Assembly (NCBI GenBank): GCA_965228855.1
Contig: CBDDIJ010000003.1
Location: 1,376,001-1,440,000 of the forward strand
Direction: 5' to 3'
From: Candidatus Obscuribacterales bacterium
GTDB lineage: Bacteria; Cyanobacteriota; Vampirovibrionia; Obscuribacterales; Obscuribacteraceae
Length of the DNA stretch: 64,000 nt
The translations under genes and the position numbers were made by a program. Shown one piece after another: positions 28,891 to 39,609 of the stretch; positions within the stretch are counted from its first letter, which is position 1, and each line of letters opens with the position of its first letter. The notes beneath the pieces are model-generated. The model was given only the letters and a program-made list of their open reading frames with translations. It made no database searches and was not told where the DNA came from.

Positions 28891-30069
28891 ATGCAACACC
28901 TGCTAGTTCTAAATAGTGGCTCTTCAAGCCTCAAGTTTTCGGTTTTTGAAATGCGTGACTCAGACTTGCATTTGACATTACGCGGGAATTTGAGTGGTAT
29001 CGCAACCGGTGAGGGGCATTTTTCACTTAAGAACGAAACCGGAAGTTTGATAGATGCAGATGTAAACCTAGACACTCACGCCGACGCCATAACTAAAATG
29101 CTTGATTGGTTCAATCTGCACTTCAATGATGGACAGATCTGCTGCGTTGGTCATCGCATCGTCCATGGTGGCAGCAAGTTTGTGCGGGCTACCAAGATCG
29201 ACGAGTCGATGCTTGCAGATTTGAAACTTCTGGCGCGCTTTGCCCCGCTCCACCTTCCGCCTGCTATCGCGACGGTTGAAGCATCTCGTCAGGCGTTCCC
29301 TGCTATTCCGCATGTGGCGTGTTTCGATACCAGTTTTCACCGCACGATGCCCGTGCGAGCGAGGATGCTTCCTCTTACCCGGGAGTTGTTCTTCGAGGAT
29401 GGGCTGGAGAAGTTTGGGTTTCACGGATTATCGTATGAGTATGTCTCGGCCGAACTAAGTCGTAGATTTGGCAACGAAATCGGTAGTGGCAAAGTGATCA
29501 TCGCGCATCTCGGCAACGGCTGCAGCATGGTAGCTGTTGAAAGTGGCGAGAGTGTGGATACGACGATGGGTTTTTCTCCGGCAGGAGGTCTGGTGATGGG
29601 CACCAGGAGTGGTGACATAGATCCCGGGCTCATAACCTACTTTGCCACGGAGAAAAAATTCTCGGCTTCGGAGTTTGTAGACTTCGTAAATAAACAGTCG
29701 GGCCTTCTTGGTTTATCAGGCCTGAACTCCGACATGAAAAAGTTGCTGGATGAAGAACATGCAAACGATGATGCTCGCCGTGCGGTAGAGATATTTTGCT
29801 ACCATGCCAGAAAGCACATAGGCGCGCTTTGCGCGACGTTGGGAGGGCTCGACGCGCTTGTGTTTACCGGAGGCATCGGCGAACACTCGAATCCGATCCG
29901 CAGTCGGATTTGCGACGGTCTTCAGTTTCTCGGAGTCGAAATCGACCAGGACTTGAACAAGCAAAAGGGCACATCGGAGATTTCGAAGGCAGGTGCCCGA
30001 GTCCGAACATTCGTCATCGAAACGAATGAAGAATTACGAATTGCCTCTCTGTCGAAAGAGTTTCTATAA
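28891..30069 (+). CDS. ackA: Acetate kinase
   Basis: LNSGSSSLKF, GHRIVHGG, APLH, FDTSFH, GFHGLS, HLGNGCS, GTRSGD.DP, FTGGIGE and TNEE motifs. Confidence 0.95.
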   Translation: MQHLLVLNSGSSSLKFSVFEMRDSDLHLTLRGNLSGIATGEGHFSLKNETGSLIDADVNLDTHADAITKMLDWFNLHFNDGQICCVGHRIVHGGSKFVRATKIDESMLADLKLLARFAPLHLPPAIATVEASRQAFPAIPHVACFDTSFHRTMPVRARMLPLTRELFFEDGLEKFGFHGLSYEYVSAELSRRFGNEIGSGKVIIAHLGNGCSMVAVESGESVDTTMGFSPAGGLVMGTRSGDIDPGLITYFATEKKFSASEFVDFVNKQSGLLGLSGLNSDMKKLLDEEHANDDARRAVEIFCYHARKHIGALCATLGGLDALVFTGGIGEHSNPIRSRICDGLQFLGVEIDQDLNKQKGTSEISKAGARVRTFVIETNEELRIASLSKEFL

Positions 30070-30082
30070 GCCGTGATTGCGG

Positions 30083-30811
30083 CTATTTGTTCACTACCAT
30101 CTTCGTGCGACCGCGTTCGCCCCCGTCAGCTTGAGTGGTTTCGAAGCTGACATGCGGGTTTGGATGAGATGTTATTGGCGGTGAATCTACTGGGATTACA
30201 GTTGTGCCGTTAGCGGTCTTGACGTGACTAGCACTTGCTTTGCTTGCCGGTGCAATTGTTGTCGGTGCAGTCGATGCCATTGACGCCGCACCCATGGCCG
30301 GTGAAATCATTACTGGCGTATCGCTACGCATCGACTCTGACTGGCTCATTGATGCAACGCTCGCTGCTTTATTCAAAGATGCTATCTGAGTTTTCTCGGC
30401 GAAACGGTTGGGTGCAACCGGAGGGAGGACCGCGTCTGATTCATTTTGGGAGGAGACCGAAATCTTACTAGCAGTTGCCGTCGAGTCTGCATTTACGGCG
30501 ACAGTTTCAGAAGGTTCGGGCGAAGAACTCGCGCTGTCTTGCAAGCCGAAGCGAAATGCCTCCGGCAGCTTTGAGTTATACTCCGCGGGGCTCATCGAGT
30601 CATATTCGGAGACTCGGCTCTTCGGCGCAACAGCCACAGGTTCGGTAGCGTTTCCATCGAGGACTTCGCCGCCTATCACTTTGGTGATGTGCTGCTTCTC
30701 GTGGGTCGGCGACATCACGGACTGACTCAAGTACATCACGACGCCGATTACTATTCCGATTCCGGTTACAACCGCTAAGGTGACTAATCGCAACGGAGGC
30801 TCTCCTTGCAA
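30083..30811 (-). CDS. Hypothetical membrane-anchored Ser/Ala/Pro-rich protein
   Basis: N-terminal TM followed by a low-complexity region; TTG start. Confidence 0.6.
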   Translation of the reverse strand: MQGEPPLRLVTLAVVTGIGIVIGVVMYLSQSVMSPTHEKQHITKVIGGEVLDGNATEPVAVAPKSRVSEYDSMSPAEYNSKLPEAFRFGLQDSASSSPEPSETVAVNADSTATASKISVSSQNESDAVLPPVAPNRFAEKTQIASLNKAASVASMSQSESMRSDTPVMISPAMGAASMASTAPTTIAPASKASASHVKTANGTTVIPVDSPPITSHPNPHVSFETTQADGGERGRTKMVVNK

Positions 30812-30965
30812 GCTTTGAACATGACTACGATCAGAAACTGAGACTTGGGTCTACTAAGTTGTGCCTGGATTCGCGAAAGCCAGCGAACGCCGTCCATTGA
30901 TTCTAATACAGAATCAGTGCAGTTTCATACTTAAAATCTACTTCTCCGTAAATCAACGTCACAAT

Positions 30966-30997
30966 GCCCTGCCGCGTTAAGAGTGACCACGACAGGG
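30966..30997 (-). terminator. Stem-loop downstream of xfp (weak terminator or stabiliser)
   Basis: Minus strand CCCTGTCGTG pairs with CGCGGCAGGG (10 bp with G-U); poor U tract. Confidence 0.35.
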
Positions 30998-31022
30998 ATT
31001 AAGACTTTCTTGCGGTTTGTGT

Positions 31023-33425
31023 TTAGTAGGGCCAGTGCCAGTTTCTAACGTCCGGCATGTCTTGACCGTAAGTTGCGATGTAGTGTTTGTGTTCGACCAA
31101 TTTGTCTCGGACCATCTGGCGCGCTCGGGCGGCGCGTTGCTGCAGCTGCGGCACACGGTCGATCACATCCTGTGTAAGGTGATACCTGTCCAGATCATTC
31201 ATCACAACCATGTCGAAAGGAGTGGTGGTCGTTCCTTCTTCCTTGTAGCCTCTAACATGAAGGTTCTCGTGATTGCGGCGACGATAAGTAAGTCTGTGAA
31301 TCAGCCAGGGATAGCCATGATATGCAAAGATTATCGGTTTATCCTTGGTGAAGATCGCGTCGAACTCCGGATCGGTCAAGCCGTGCGGATGTTCGCTCTG
31401 AGGCTGGAGGGTCATGAGATCGACGACGTTGACTACGCGAATTTTTAGATCCGGTATGTTCTGGCGCAGTATATCTACCGCTGCGAGCGTTTCAAGAGTC
31501 GGAATATCACCGGCGCATGCCATGACGACATCAGGGTCTCCGCCACCGTCGGTGCTTGCCCAGTCCCAGATACCAATGCCTTCAGCACAGTGTTTGATGG
31601 CGGCATCCATGTTGAGCCACTGCAGCGCAGGCTGTTTACCGGCGACAATAATGTTGATCTGGTCGCGGCTTCGCAGGCAAGCGTCAGCAGTGCAGAGCAA
31701 AGTGTTAGCATCCGGCGGAAGGTAAACACGAATTATGTCTGCCTTCTTGTTCACGGCATGATCGATGAAGCCCGGGTCCTGGTGGCTGAAACCGTTGTGG
31801 TCCTGGCGCCAGACGTGAGAGGTCAGAAGATAATTAAGGGACGCAATCTCGCGACGCCAGGGAATTGCGCGGGTGACCTTCAACCATTTGGCATGCTGGT
31901 TGAACATTGAATCGATGATGTGAATGAATGCTTCGTAACAGGAAAACAAACCGTGCCTGCCTGTCAGAAGATAACCTTCAAGCCATCCCTGGCAGAGGTG
32001 CTCACTGAGAACTTCCATCACGCGTCCTTCTTGCGCGAGGCAGTCGTCAGTCGGCTTGATCTCGCCCATAAACACTTTGTTTGTGACGTCGAAAATGGCG
32101 CCCAGACGATTCGATTTTGTTTCATCAGGACCCATCACACGGAAGTTCTTCCGGTCGTCGTTCTTGCTTACCACATCACGCAGATAGGTTCCGAGCACGC
32201 TGGTTGTTTCAACTGTCGTTCCTCCAGGCGAGGAAACTTCAACCTGATATTTGCGGAAATCCGGAAGTCGCAAGTCCATTAGCAATAGACCGCCGTTCGC
32301 GTGCGGGTTGGCGCCCATTCGTCGCGTACCTTCAGGTGCGAGTTCGGCGAATTCTTTCTTCAATCTGCCGCCATCGTCGAAGAGCTCTTCCGGTTTATAG
32401 CTCTTCATCCAGGCTTCCAGTTGTTTCAGATGGTCTTCGTTGTCGGCTAAGCCGGCAAGAGGAACCTGGTGTGCGCGGTAAGTTCCCTCGATTTGAACAC
32501 CATCAACTTCCTTCGGACCAGTCCATCCCTTGGGCGTCTCGAAAATAATCATCGGGTAGAAGGGACGCTTCACATTTTTGGCGGCTCTGGCTTCTTTTTT
32601 GATTTTCTGAATATCGGCAAGCACCATATCCAGTGTCGCCGCCATGAGCTGGTGCATTTGTTCAGGCTGGTCGCCGGCAACAAAGTAAGGCTCGTAACCG
32701 TATCCACGGAAAAGATCGTATTGCTCTTGTCTTGATATACGAGCTAAAACAGCCGGATTGGCAATTTTGTATCCGTTCAAGTGAAGGATGGGCAGCACAA
32801 TTCCGTCTGACTTCGGGTCGACAAATTTGTTGGAATGCCAGCTTGTCGCGAGCGGTCCGGTCTCTGCTTCGCCGTCTCCAACTACGCAGGCGGCGATTAG
32901 ATCAGGATTGTCGAGCACTGCGCCATAGGCGTGAGCCACGGAATAACCAAGCTCACCGCCTTCGTGAATCGAGCCAGGCACTTCGGCTGCGACGTGACTT
33001 GGAATTCCACCTGGAAATGAGAACTGTTTGAACAAAAGTTGCATACCTTCCAGGTCCTGACTGACTGAATGGTACGTTTCAGACCAGGTTCCTTCAAGAT
33101 AGGTGTTCGCAACCAGCGCCGGACCACCGTGACCCGGACCGGTGATGTAAATCATGTCGAGGTCGTGTTTTTTGATAATACGGTTCAAGTGCGCATAGAT
33201 GAAGTTAAGCCCGGGCGTAGTTCCCCAGTGCCCAAGCAATCTTGGTTTAATGTGCTCCAGCTTCAGCGGCTCTTTCAAAAGCGGGTTGTCCATCAGATAT
33301 ATCTGACCGACGGAAAGATAGTTAGCTGCTCGCCAGTAGCCATCTATTTTCCGAAGCTCCTCGGACGTCAATGGCTGCTTTTCCTGACCGTCTTTGAGAA
33401 ACTTGTCGCGCACCGCCGTTGTCAT
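31023..33425 (-). CDS. xfp: Phosphoketolase (xylulose-5-P/fructose-6-P)
   Basis: [44 protein letters not shown] and [14 protein letters not shown] motifs. Confidence 0.97.
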   Translation of the reverse strand: MTTAVRDKFLKDGQEKQPLTSEELRKIDGYWRAANYLSVGQIYLMDNPLLKEPLKLEHIKPRLLGHWGTTPGLNFIYAHLNRIIKKHDLDMIYITGPGHGGPALVANTYLEGTWSETYHSVSQDLEGMQLLFKQFSFPGGIPSHVAAEVPGSIHEGGELGYSVAHAYGAVLDNPDLIAACVVGDGEAETGPLATSWHSNKFVDPKSDGIVLPILHLNGYKIANPAVLARISRQEQYDLFRGYGYEPYFVAGDQPEQMHQLMAATLDMVLADIQKIKKEARAAKNVKRPFYPMIIFETPKGWTGPKEVDGVQIEGTYRAHQVPLAGLADNEDHLKQLEAWMKSYKPEELFDDGGRLKKEFAELAPEGTRRMGANPHANGGLLLMDLRLPDFRKYQVEVSSPGGTTVETTSVLGTYLRDVVSKNDDRKNFRVMGPDETKSNRLGAIFDVTNKVFMGEIKPTDDCLAQEGRVMEVLSEHLCQGWLEGYLLTGRHGLFSCYEAFIHIIDSMFNQHAKWLKVTRAIPWRREIASLNYLLTSHVWRQDHNGFSHQDPGFIDHAVNKKADIIRVYLPPDANTLLCTADACLRSRDQINIIVAGKQPALQWLNMDAAIKHCAEGIGIWDWASTDGGGDPDVVMACAGDIPTLETLAAVDILRQNIPDLKIRVVNVVDLMTLQPQSEHPHGLTDPEFDAIFTKDKPIIFAYHGYPWLIHRLTYRRRNHENLHVRGYKEEGTTTTPFDMVVMNDLDRYHLTQDVIDRVPQLQQRAARARQMVRDKLVEHKHYIATYGQDMPDVRNWHWPY

Positions 33426-33656
33426 AGTTTTTCCTCACAGGAATAGGAACAGCGTAACGATAGCGATGTTGTGCGCTCAGCGGCTCATAATCTAAGGTTA
33501 TCGTTACAGTGCCTTAATAAAGATGTCGACGAAGAGCGGCACCAGCACGCAGTTTGACCGCTTCCTTACCACTACGGCGCACGCCTCTCCGGGACCCTAC
33601 CGGTTCATGTTTTCAGCCTGGGACGGGTACAAGTAGGTTACCTTGAGGATAACTTT

Positions 33657-35903
33657 GTGACTAACTCTGACGTCACGCCTGTCGCTGCGAAAAATTCAAC
33701 TGATGATTCCGGAAGTCTGCGCCGACTGTTCTGGCTGAGTTTCTTGCTGCTGTTCGCGGAAATCTTATGCATTCGCTGGCTCGGCTGCGAACTCGCTGTT
33801 GTAAGAATTTTTCCGAACTTGATTGTTATGGTGGCACTCGTTTCAACATCGACCGGAATGATCGCCGCCGTTACGCGTCCAGGTCAGAAATCGAAACTGG
33901 ATAACATCTTTATTCTGGCGATAGCAATTTCTGTTCTGCTGACCTGTGCCATTTTTGCCAAGCAGCTTGGCCTGGTTGATTTGAGCGTGCGATTCGAGGA
34001 TGGAACCAGCGCTTCCATCGTACAAGCAGTTTGCGTGATCCTGCTTCTCATCTCCTGTATCTTTCTCATCTTCCGCCGTCTGGGCGTTTTGCTCGCTATC
34101 GAATTTGATAAACATAAACCGCTCGCCGCATACTCCGTAAACCTTCTCGGCAGCATCGCCGGTACCCTCGCCATCGCTTTGAGTTCATCGCTGAGCCTTG
34201 GACCGTACGCATGGTTGGTACTGTTGGCGGTGCCAGTGTTTCTAGTTTCAAAAAAATGGCAACACGTACTGTTCTTCATCGTGTTTGCCGGACTTGCTGC
34301 TACAACCGGTTTAAATAGCTACTGGTCACCGTATTCGAAACTGGATGTTATCCCGATTAGCGCAGAAGAAGCGCCCATACTCGGTCCCGGGAGTTTCGTC
34401 CTCAATTCGAATAACTTCTATTTCCACACAGGAATGCTTGTCGTTCCAGAGGCTAAGGAGAAAGAGTTTCTCTCAAAGAAACCTGTGACCAAGCGCGATG
34501 AAACGATCCAGGACTATTACTGGAGAACGAAAACGCCTTTTGCAATTGCGCCAAACATTGATGAGGTCCTCGTTCTTGGTGCAGGCTCTGGCAACGACGG
34601 CGCCTATGCACTCGAGCATGGAGTAAAACGTGTTGACGCTGTCGAAATCGATCCGGTAATTGCGAGCTTCGGAAAATTCCTGCATCCGAATCATCCCTGG
34701 AGCGACCCGCGTGCTCATGTGTACAACGAGGACGCGCGCACATATCTCAGATACACGAAAAACAAATACGACCTGGTGCTTTTCGCGGACCTGGATCCGG
34801 GGGCGACTATCAACACTTCGTCTTTCCTGAGAGTCGACAACTTCGTCTATACGATTGAATCGATGCGCTCCGCTCTTCGAGTGTGTAAACCGAACGGCGT
34901 CGTAGTACTTTCCTTTGCGACCGGACCGGAAAGCATTATCACCCGGCGAATATATAAAGCTATCGAAGCTGCCAATGGTGGCAAGGCCCCGGTCACTTTC
35001 GTTGACGATAAGTGGCTCAGTGTGATGTACATATTCGGTCCTGGAATTGACGATGTCGATATCAAAAAGGTAACTGAAATAGACCCGGTACTGCGCCGCT
35101 GGCCGGCACCCGGCGAAATTATCGATACAAAGCCATCCTCGGATGACTGGCCGTTCCTTTACACGAACTTCCATAAAGAAGGAATGTTCCTTTATTTCTC
35201 AATCTTGCTGGTGGCAGTTGTGGTTCCAGCCCTTCTGACCATAATCACGACTCCTAAAAAAATCGGACCGGATGGCAAGGTCGAGGGCGGCATATCACCC
35301 GGAGAATGGGGGAATATGTTCTTCCTCGGCAACGCTTTTATGTTAGTCGAGACAAAATCGATCACACAGCTCTCACTACTCTTTGGTGCGACCTGGCTGG
35401 TTAGTTCGATCGTTATTTTGACGATTCTCATACTCGCCTGGGTTGGTAACATGATCGTTATGCGGACAAAACGCCTGCCCTTACCATTCTTATACGGCGG
35501 CCTGTTCTTCTGCCTGCTGCTGGATTATTTATGGAAGGTACCGGAGCAAACGAGCCTGCCACCACTTGTAGTATCAGGGTTGGCGGCACTTTTTGCTTGC
35601 TGTCCGATTTTCTTCGGTAGCATGACTTTCTCAACCTGTTTTAAAAACACGAACCGACCAGTCGAGCTGCTCTCCGCAAACCTCCTCGGGGTGGCATTTG
35701 GCGGACTGACTGAGAACCTCTGTCTCTGGACCGGTATCAAAGGACTGCCGATTTTAGGACTTGCTTTATATGGATTATCCGGTTTAAGTCTCTTGCTGGA
35801 CGAGTATCGCCGACGCAAGGCCGGTGGTGCCTCCGTCGCAGTCGAAACTGGAACCGATAAATCCGAGCCGTCCGAATCTGGAACAGACGAAACCAGCCCG
35901 TAG
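33657..35903 (+). CDS. Polytopic membrane protein with a spermidine-synthase-like class I SAM-binding domain
   Basis: TM blocks flanking WSPYSKL, VLVLGAGSGND, VEIDP, EDAR and SDDWPFLY. Confidence 0.8.
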   Translation: MTNSDVTPVAAKNSTDDSGSLRRLFWLSFLLLFAEILCIRWLGCELAVVRIFPNLIVMVALVSTSTGMIAAVTRPGQKSKLDNIFILAIAISVLLTCAIFAKQLGLVDLSVRFEDGTSASIVQAVCVILLLISCIFLIFRRLGVLLAIEFDKHKPLAAYSVNLLGSIAGTLAIALSSSLSLGPYAWLVLLAVPVFLVSKKWQHVLFFIVFAGLAATTGLNSYWSPYSKLDVIPISAEEAPILGPGSFVLNSNNFYFHTGMLVVPEAKEKEFLSKKPVTKRDETIQDYYWRTKTPFAIAPNIDEVLVLGAGSGNDGAYALEHGVKRVDAVEIDPVIASFGKFLHPNHPWSDPRAHVYNEDARTYLRYTKNKYDLVLFADLDPGATINTSSFLRVDNFVYTIESMRSALRVCKPNGVVVLSFATGPESIITRRIYKAIEAANGGKAPVTFVDDKWLSVMYIFGPGIDDVDIKKVTEIDPVLRRWPAPGEIIDTKPSSDDWPFLYTNFHKEGMFLYFSILLVAVVVPALLTIITTPKKIGPDGKVEGGISPGEWGNMFFLGNAFMLVETKSITQLSLLFGATWLVSSIVILTILILAWVGNMIVMRTKRLPLPFLYGGLFFCLLLDYLWKVPEQTSLPPLVVSGLAALFACCPIFFGSMTFSTCFKNTNRPVELLSANLLGVAFGGLTENLCLWTGIKGLPILGLALYGLSGLSLLLDEYRRRKAGGASVAVETGTDKSEPSESGTDETSP

Positions 35904-36053
35904 TAATCGGTTTACTAGTTCAGTGATTTGAACTGAAACCGGAATCGACTTATTTCGTTCAACACTTGAGGAAGTGTGTCACGCTTCGCTGCTCAATTGG
36001 CGATGTTCGGTTTAATACTGAATGTTCACCTTTTAAATCCTTTTGGAGAACTT

Positions 36054-36593
36054 ATGAAAAAAATTGCAACTGCCGGCGCGACGCTGGCCGTACTCCTCAT
36101 GGCGCAACCAAGTTTCGCAGCTGACATGAATACCGCCGGCGAGAACCTGAACGGTACGGTGCTTGGATTAGTCGCCACCCCGATCGTGATTACCGTTGAA
36201 ACGACCAAACTTGGCGTGGAAGCAGCTGGAAAAGTTTTGCAGGCTGGCGGCGAAGGTCTGGATCAGGTCGCCCGAAGCAGTGGAAAGTTTATCAATGAAG
36301 TTGCTCAGTCAGCGGAGCCTACAGTGAGCGCCGTTGCGCAAGCCGGATACGAGGGCACGGGCAAGGCTATCGAGTTCGGCGGGAGAACCACAGGCAGAGT
36401 CTTAGAGACCAGCGGCGATATCGTTTTCAACACTGCCCGCACAGGTGGTGGCATAATTGGTGACATGGCTAAACTGGTGCTTTCCACAGGCGAAGGGCTT
36501 GCAGACTTGACCGGTAGCGTTATTGATGACGCAACCGGAAGCTCAAAAGATATCAGCTCGCCTTCAGCTCAAGGTGAAACGAAGGATCAGTAG
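36054..36593 (+). CDS. Secreted protein with 11-residue amphipathic repeats
   Basis: GGAG SD, signal peptide ending SFA-A, Gly-rich 11-mer periodicity. Confidence 0.7.
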   Translation: MKKIATAGATLAVLLMAQPSFAADMNTAGENLNGTVLGLVATPIVITVETTKLGVEAAGKVLQAGGEGLDQVARSSGKFINEVAQSAEPTVSAVAQAGYEGTGKAIEFGGRTTGRVLETSGDIVFNTARTGGGIIGDMAKLVLSTGEGLADLTGSVIDDATGSSKDISSPSAQGETKDQ

Positions 36594-36608
36594 AGATCGT
36601 CGTTTTCA

Positions 36609-38216
36609 TTAGAAAACGCAGCTGCAGCCTCCATACAAGCGGATGTTGGTTGTTCTTTTAACGGTCATCTCGCCGAGGAAGCCATTATATCCGGTGCCTC
36701 GTCGCCACTCGAATGTGCCGTCGGCATCGGTAAACGAGAACACTCCAACTCCGCCCGGAGAAGTTAATGAGCCGCACTCTACAGTCCATGACTGGACAGT
36801 ATTGGGATAAGTGTAGGGCGGGAAAAGTTCGTCGAAGTCCTCGTTGTCGCTGTCGGGCGACTGGTTTTTCATCTCGCTCGTCATCCAGGGTGCGACGCTC
36901 TGAACGTTGCTGGAAGAGACGCACACCAGGTCGTTTGTTGGACCCGGCACGATGTAAAACTCATCGTTCGAGCCGTCGACTGTAGCCATATTGAGAATCG
37001 CAACCAGCTTGCCATCATTGAAATCAGGATCGATTTCGCGGCAGCGTTGAAGCAATGCCTTCCTGACTTTGTTCCATGCCGGTTGCGGAATCGTCGGAAT
37101 CGGAAATAGGCAACCGAATACGGTTGGTGGCACATACTCGTTGCCCAGTGAAACGGATGCCTGGCCGTTTCCACAAGCTGGAACATAGAACTCTCGGAAT
37201 TGAGTCTCTGAGCTGTAACCATACTCTGATGTGTAGATGGCAAACGGTGGAATTGGGTAATTGAGATACCATTTCGCTTTGTTCTTTGGAAATTTGATGC
37301 GAATGTACGCATGCGGAATGCGCATTTTGAACGTTTTCATCGGATTGGCTTTCACAACAGCCATCGCTTTCTGATCGGCTGGATTGCCGCCCACAGTGTG
37401 CGACTCCACAGAAAATGTATTCGGAACCGGCTTAGCCCAACCAGTCAGGGCCTCGGAAATTAGCGTATTTTTTTCGAAGTGATCGCGCGATTCGAGTCTT
37501 GGTCGCTCGTTGAACTTGAAAGGAACAAACCAGTAATCGTGACCGTACATATTGACTGATTTATAGCCGGGCATGCAGTTGTTGCCGCCTTTGTCTTTGA
37601 CTGTCTTGAGATTGCTCCAGCTAATCTCCTCCGGAATCTGATTCTGGTCCAGGTAGACGTTGCTTTCCTCTCCACGTTCAAGCAGTGATGTCGTCCAGTT
37701 TGGACCTGCGAGGTGCTTCGTTAAAACGTCTTTACCCAGCATTCGAACTGAGTTGACCTGTGCAACTTCATCGAACAACGGAAAAAGTTTGCTATCGTTG
37801 TTCAGGTCATCGGACAATCGGTCACTGATGTTTTCAGCCGCTTGATAAATAGCCGATGCATGTGAGCTGGTCTGCGCAGTCTCCTTGCCGGATTCCTTGA
37901 TGTCCTGCGCGTTCATCGCGACGAATAACGCTTTGCCCCAGACGCGATCTATGTTTGACAAACCAAATTCGCCGTTGTTATCAGCGACGTCTTTGAATTG
38001 GTCCTCATCGCCACCTTGAGATTTGGTAGTGATAGTCAGGCATTTTTTTCCGACATTGAGGGCACCAGCATCGGTGGCATTGCGCGTTTCCCGTGAACCG
38101 CCGAAGTAAAGAGAGACCATGAAAAATGCGAGGGCAAGTAAAACAAGCGCAAATGCGAGCGCCGCTGCCAGACCCAGAGCAGCTCCTTTCCTATTTCGTA
38201 AAAACGACCTTTTCAT
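36609..38216 (-). CDS. TadG-like pilus-associated protein
   Basis: RNRKG|AALGL hydrophobic helix followed by ETRNATDAGAL (Tad N-terminal motif); large Cys-containing C-terminal region. Confidence 0.65.
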   Translation of the reverse strand: MKRSFLRNRKGAALGLAAALAFALVLLALAFFMVSLYFGGSRETRNATDAGALNVGKKCLTITTKSQGGDEDQFKDVADNNGEFGLSNIDRVWGKALFVAMNAQDIKESGKETAQTSSHASAIYQAAENISDRLSDDLNNDSKLFPLFDEVAQVNSVRMLGKDVLTKHLAGPNWTTSLLERGEESNVYLDQNQIPEEISWSNLKTVKDKGGNNCMPGYKSVNMYGHDYWFVPFKFNERPRLESRDHFEKNTLISEALTGWAKPVPNTFSVESHTVGGNPADQKAMAVVKANPMKTFKMRIPHAYIRIKFPKNKAKWYLNYPIPPFAIYTSEYGYSSETQFREFYVPACGNGQASVSLGNEYVPPTVFGCLFPIPTIPQPAWNKVRKALLQRCREIDPDFNDGKLVAILNMATVDGSNDEFYIVPGPTNDLVCVSSSNVQSVAPWMTSEMKNQSPDSDNEDFDELFPPYTYPNTVQSWTVECGSLTSPGGVGVFSFTDADGTFEWRRGTGYNGFLGEMTVKRTTNIRLYGGCSCVF

Positions 38217-38406
38217 TCCTAATACAACCTGCAACTTTGGTGCGTGTCAGAGAAGTTTACGGTGAGGACAGACAAATTAGGATCGAAACGTCTCCAATCA
38301 ATCTGTTTGTTTAAAATTCTATTAGAATTCCTTTCGCTAATCTGGCACTGCCCATGATACCGCGTTCAAACATTCGAAATGCTGTGATTCCGTTTAAATC
38401 CTAAGT

Positions 38407-38434
38407 AGAAACGGTCCGCTGTTCGCGGACCGTT
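38407..38434 (-). terminator. Intrinsic terminator-like hairpin
   Basis: Perfect 10-bp stem AACGGTCCGC/GCGGACCGTT, 36 nt past the stop of the 38471-38899 gene. Confidence 0.55.
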
Positions 38435-38470
38435 CTCTCCTGTTCGAGCTGTCGGAAAATTGCAGTTAGC

Positions 38471-38899
38471 TTATAGGGGAGCAGCGGAGACTCCGACTAC
38501 CGGTTCGGTCGCACGCGCTCTGAAGGCGATTTTCGTCTTCGTACCCGGCAAAGTGATGGGGATGCGAACGGTGATAACGGTTTCCGCGGTTACGTTTGAT
38601 TTCGAGTTGTAGACCAATTTCGAGTTGTCGAGTTCGACCTTCTCGATCAGGGGCGACTTTGGAAAGTGGCTGACAACCTGCTCGGCTGCTGCTTTCGCTG
38701 AGTCGGATGTCTGAGCATTGGCTGCTGCTCTTGCACAATTCTTTGCCAGCGAGTCATTTGCTGAATTGCCGAGGACTAGAACGATAAGGTCGAGTGCAAA
38801 CAAAGCAATCGGGATGAGAATGAACATGCCGCAAAGGACTTCTACGAAAACTTGTCCTTTTGAATTTCTTCCTCTGTTACGCATTTGCTTTCGCTCCAT
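38471..38899 (-). CDS. TadE-like pseudopilin (copy A)
   Basis: Prepilin site KG|QVFVE with Glu+5, a hydrophobic helix, and CARAAA. Confidence 0.75.
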   Translation of the reverse strand: MERKQMRNRGRNSKGQVFVEVLCGMFILIPIALFALDLIVLVLGNSANDSLAKNCARAAANAQTSDSAKAAAEQVVSHFPKSPLIEKVELDNSKLVYNSKSNVTAETVITVRIPITLPGTKTKIAFRARATEPVVGVSAAPL

Positions 38900-39022
38900 T
38901 TTGTTTAGTGCCGTTCCGCGGCGTATGTCTCATTAACGACCAGCTCGGATCTATTAGGAGGAGTCAGGAGGAATTTGCCGGATATTTTTTTGAACGCCGG
39001 ATCTAAGAGCTTGTCAGACTGC

Positions 39023-39057
39023 AAAAAGACCCAGCGGTCTGTACTGCTGGGCCTTTT
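39023..39057 (-). terminator. Intrinsic terminator
   Basis: Minus strand AAAAGGCCCAGC...GCTGGGTCTTTTT just after the 39084 stop. Confidence 0.65.
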
Positions 39058-39083
39058 AAATTATTTGCGGTTGGCTTGTCCGT

Positions 39084-39503
39084 TTAATAAACCGGCGCGG
39101 CTGAAACGCCTACTACTGGTTCCGTCGCACGAGCCCGGAAGGCGATCTTCTGTTTGGTTCCCGGAAGAGTAATCGGAATCCGGACAGTCAGAACTGTTTC
39201 GGTGGTTACGTTCTCTTTCTCGTCATACGTCATCTTAGAGTGGTCGAGTTCGACTTTCTCGATCAAAGGGGAGAAAGGAAAGCGATTAACAACCTGTTGA
39301 GCGGCTTCCCTGGCCTTGTCGGCGCTTTGCGCATTAGCTGCTGCGCGTGCGCAGTTCTTGGCGAGAGAATCGTTGGCGGAGTTGCCGAGGATAAGTACTA
39401 TGAGATCGAGGGCAAAGAGCGCTATTGGGATTATGATAAACAACCCGCACAGTACTTCGATGAAGACCTGACCTTTGTTGGTTCGATAATTTTGTCTGCG
39501 CAT
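39084..39503 (-). CDS. TadE-like pseudopilin (copy B)
   Basis: KG|QVFIE; close paralog of 38471-38899. Confidence 0.75.
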   Translation of the reverse strand: MRRQNYRTNKGQVFIEVLCGLFIIIPIALFALDLIVLILGNSANDSLAKNCARAAANAQSADKAREAAQQVVNRFPFSPLIEKVELDHSKMTYDEKENVTTETVLTVRIPITLPGTKQKIAFRARATEPVVGVSAAPVY

Positions 39504-39609
39504 TACATCCCTCGGAATTCAGGTGATGTAAGTGTAAGCGGACCACTTGGAAATTGGAATTGTCTGTAATCAAAATTGGAATTAGACGTTACCAATGTTT
39601 CTTCGAATC

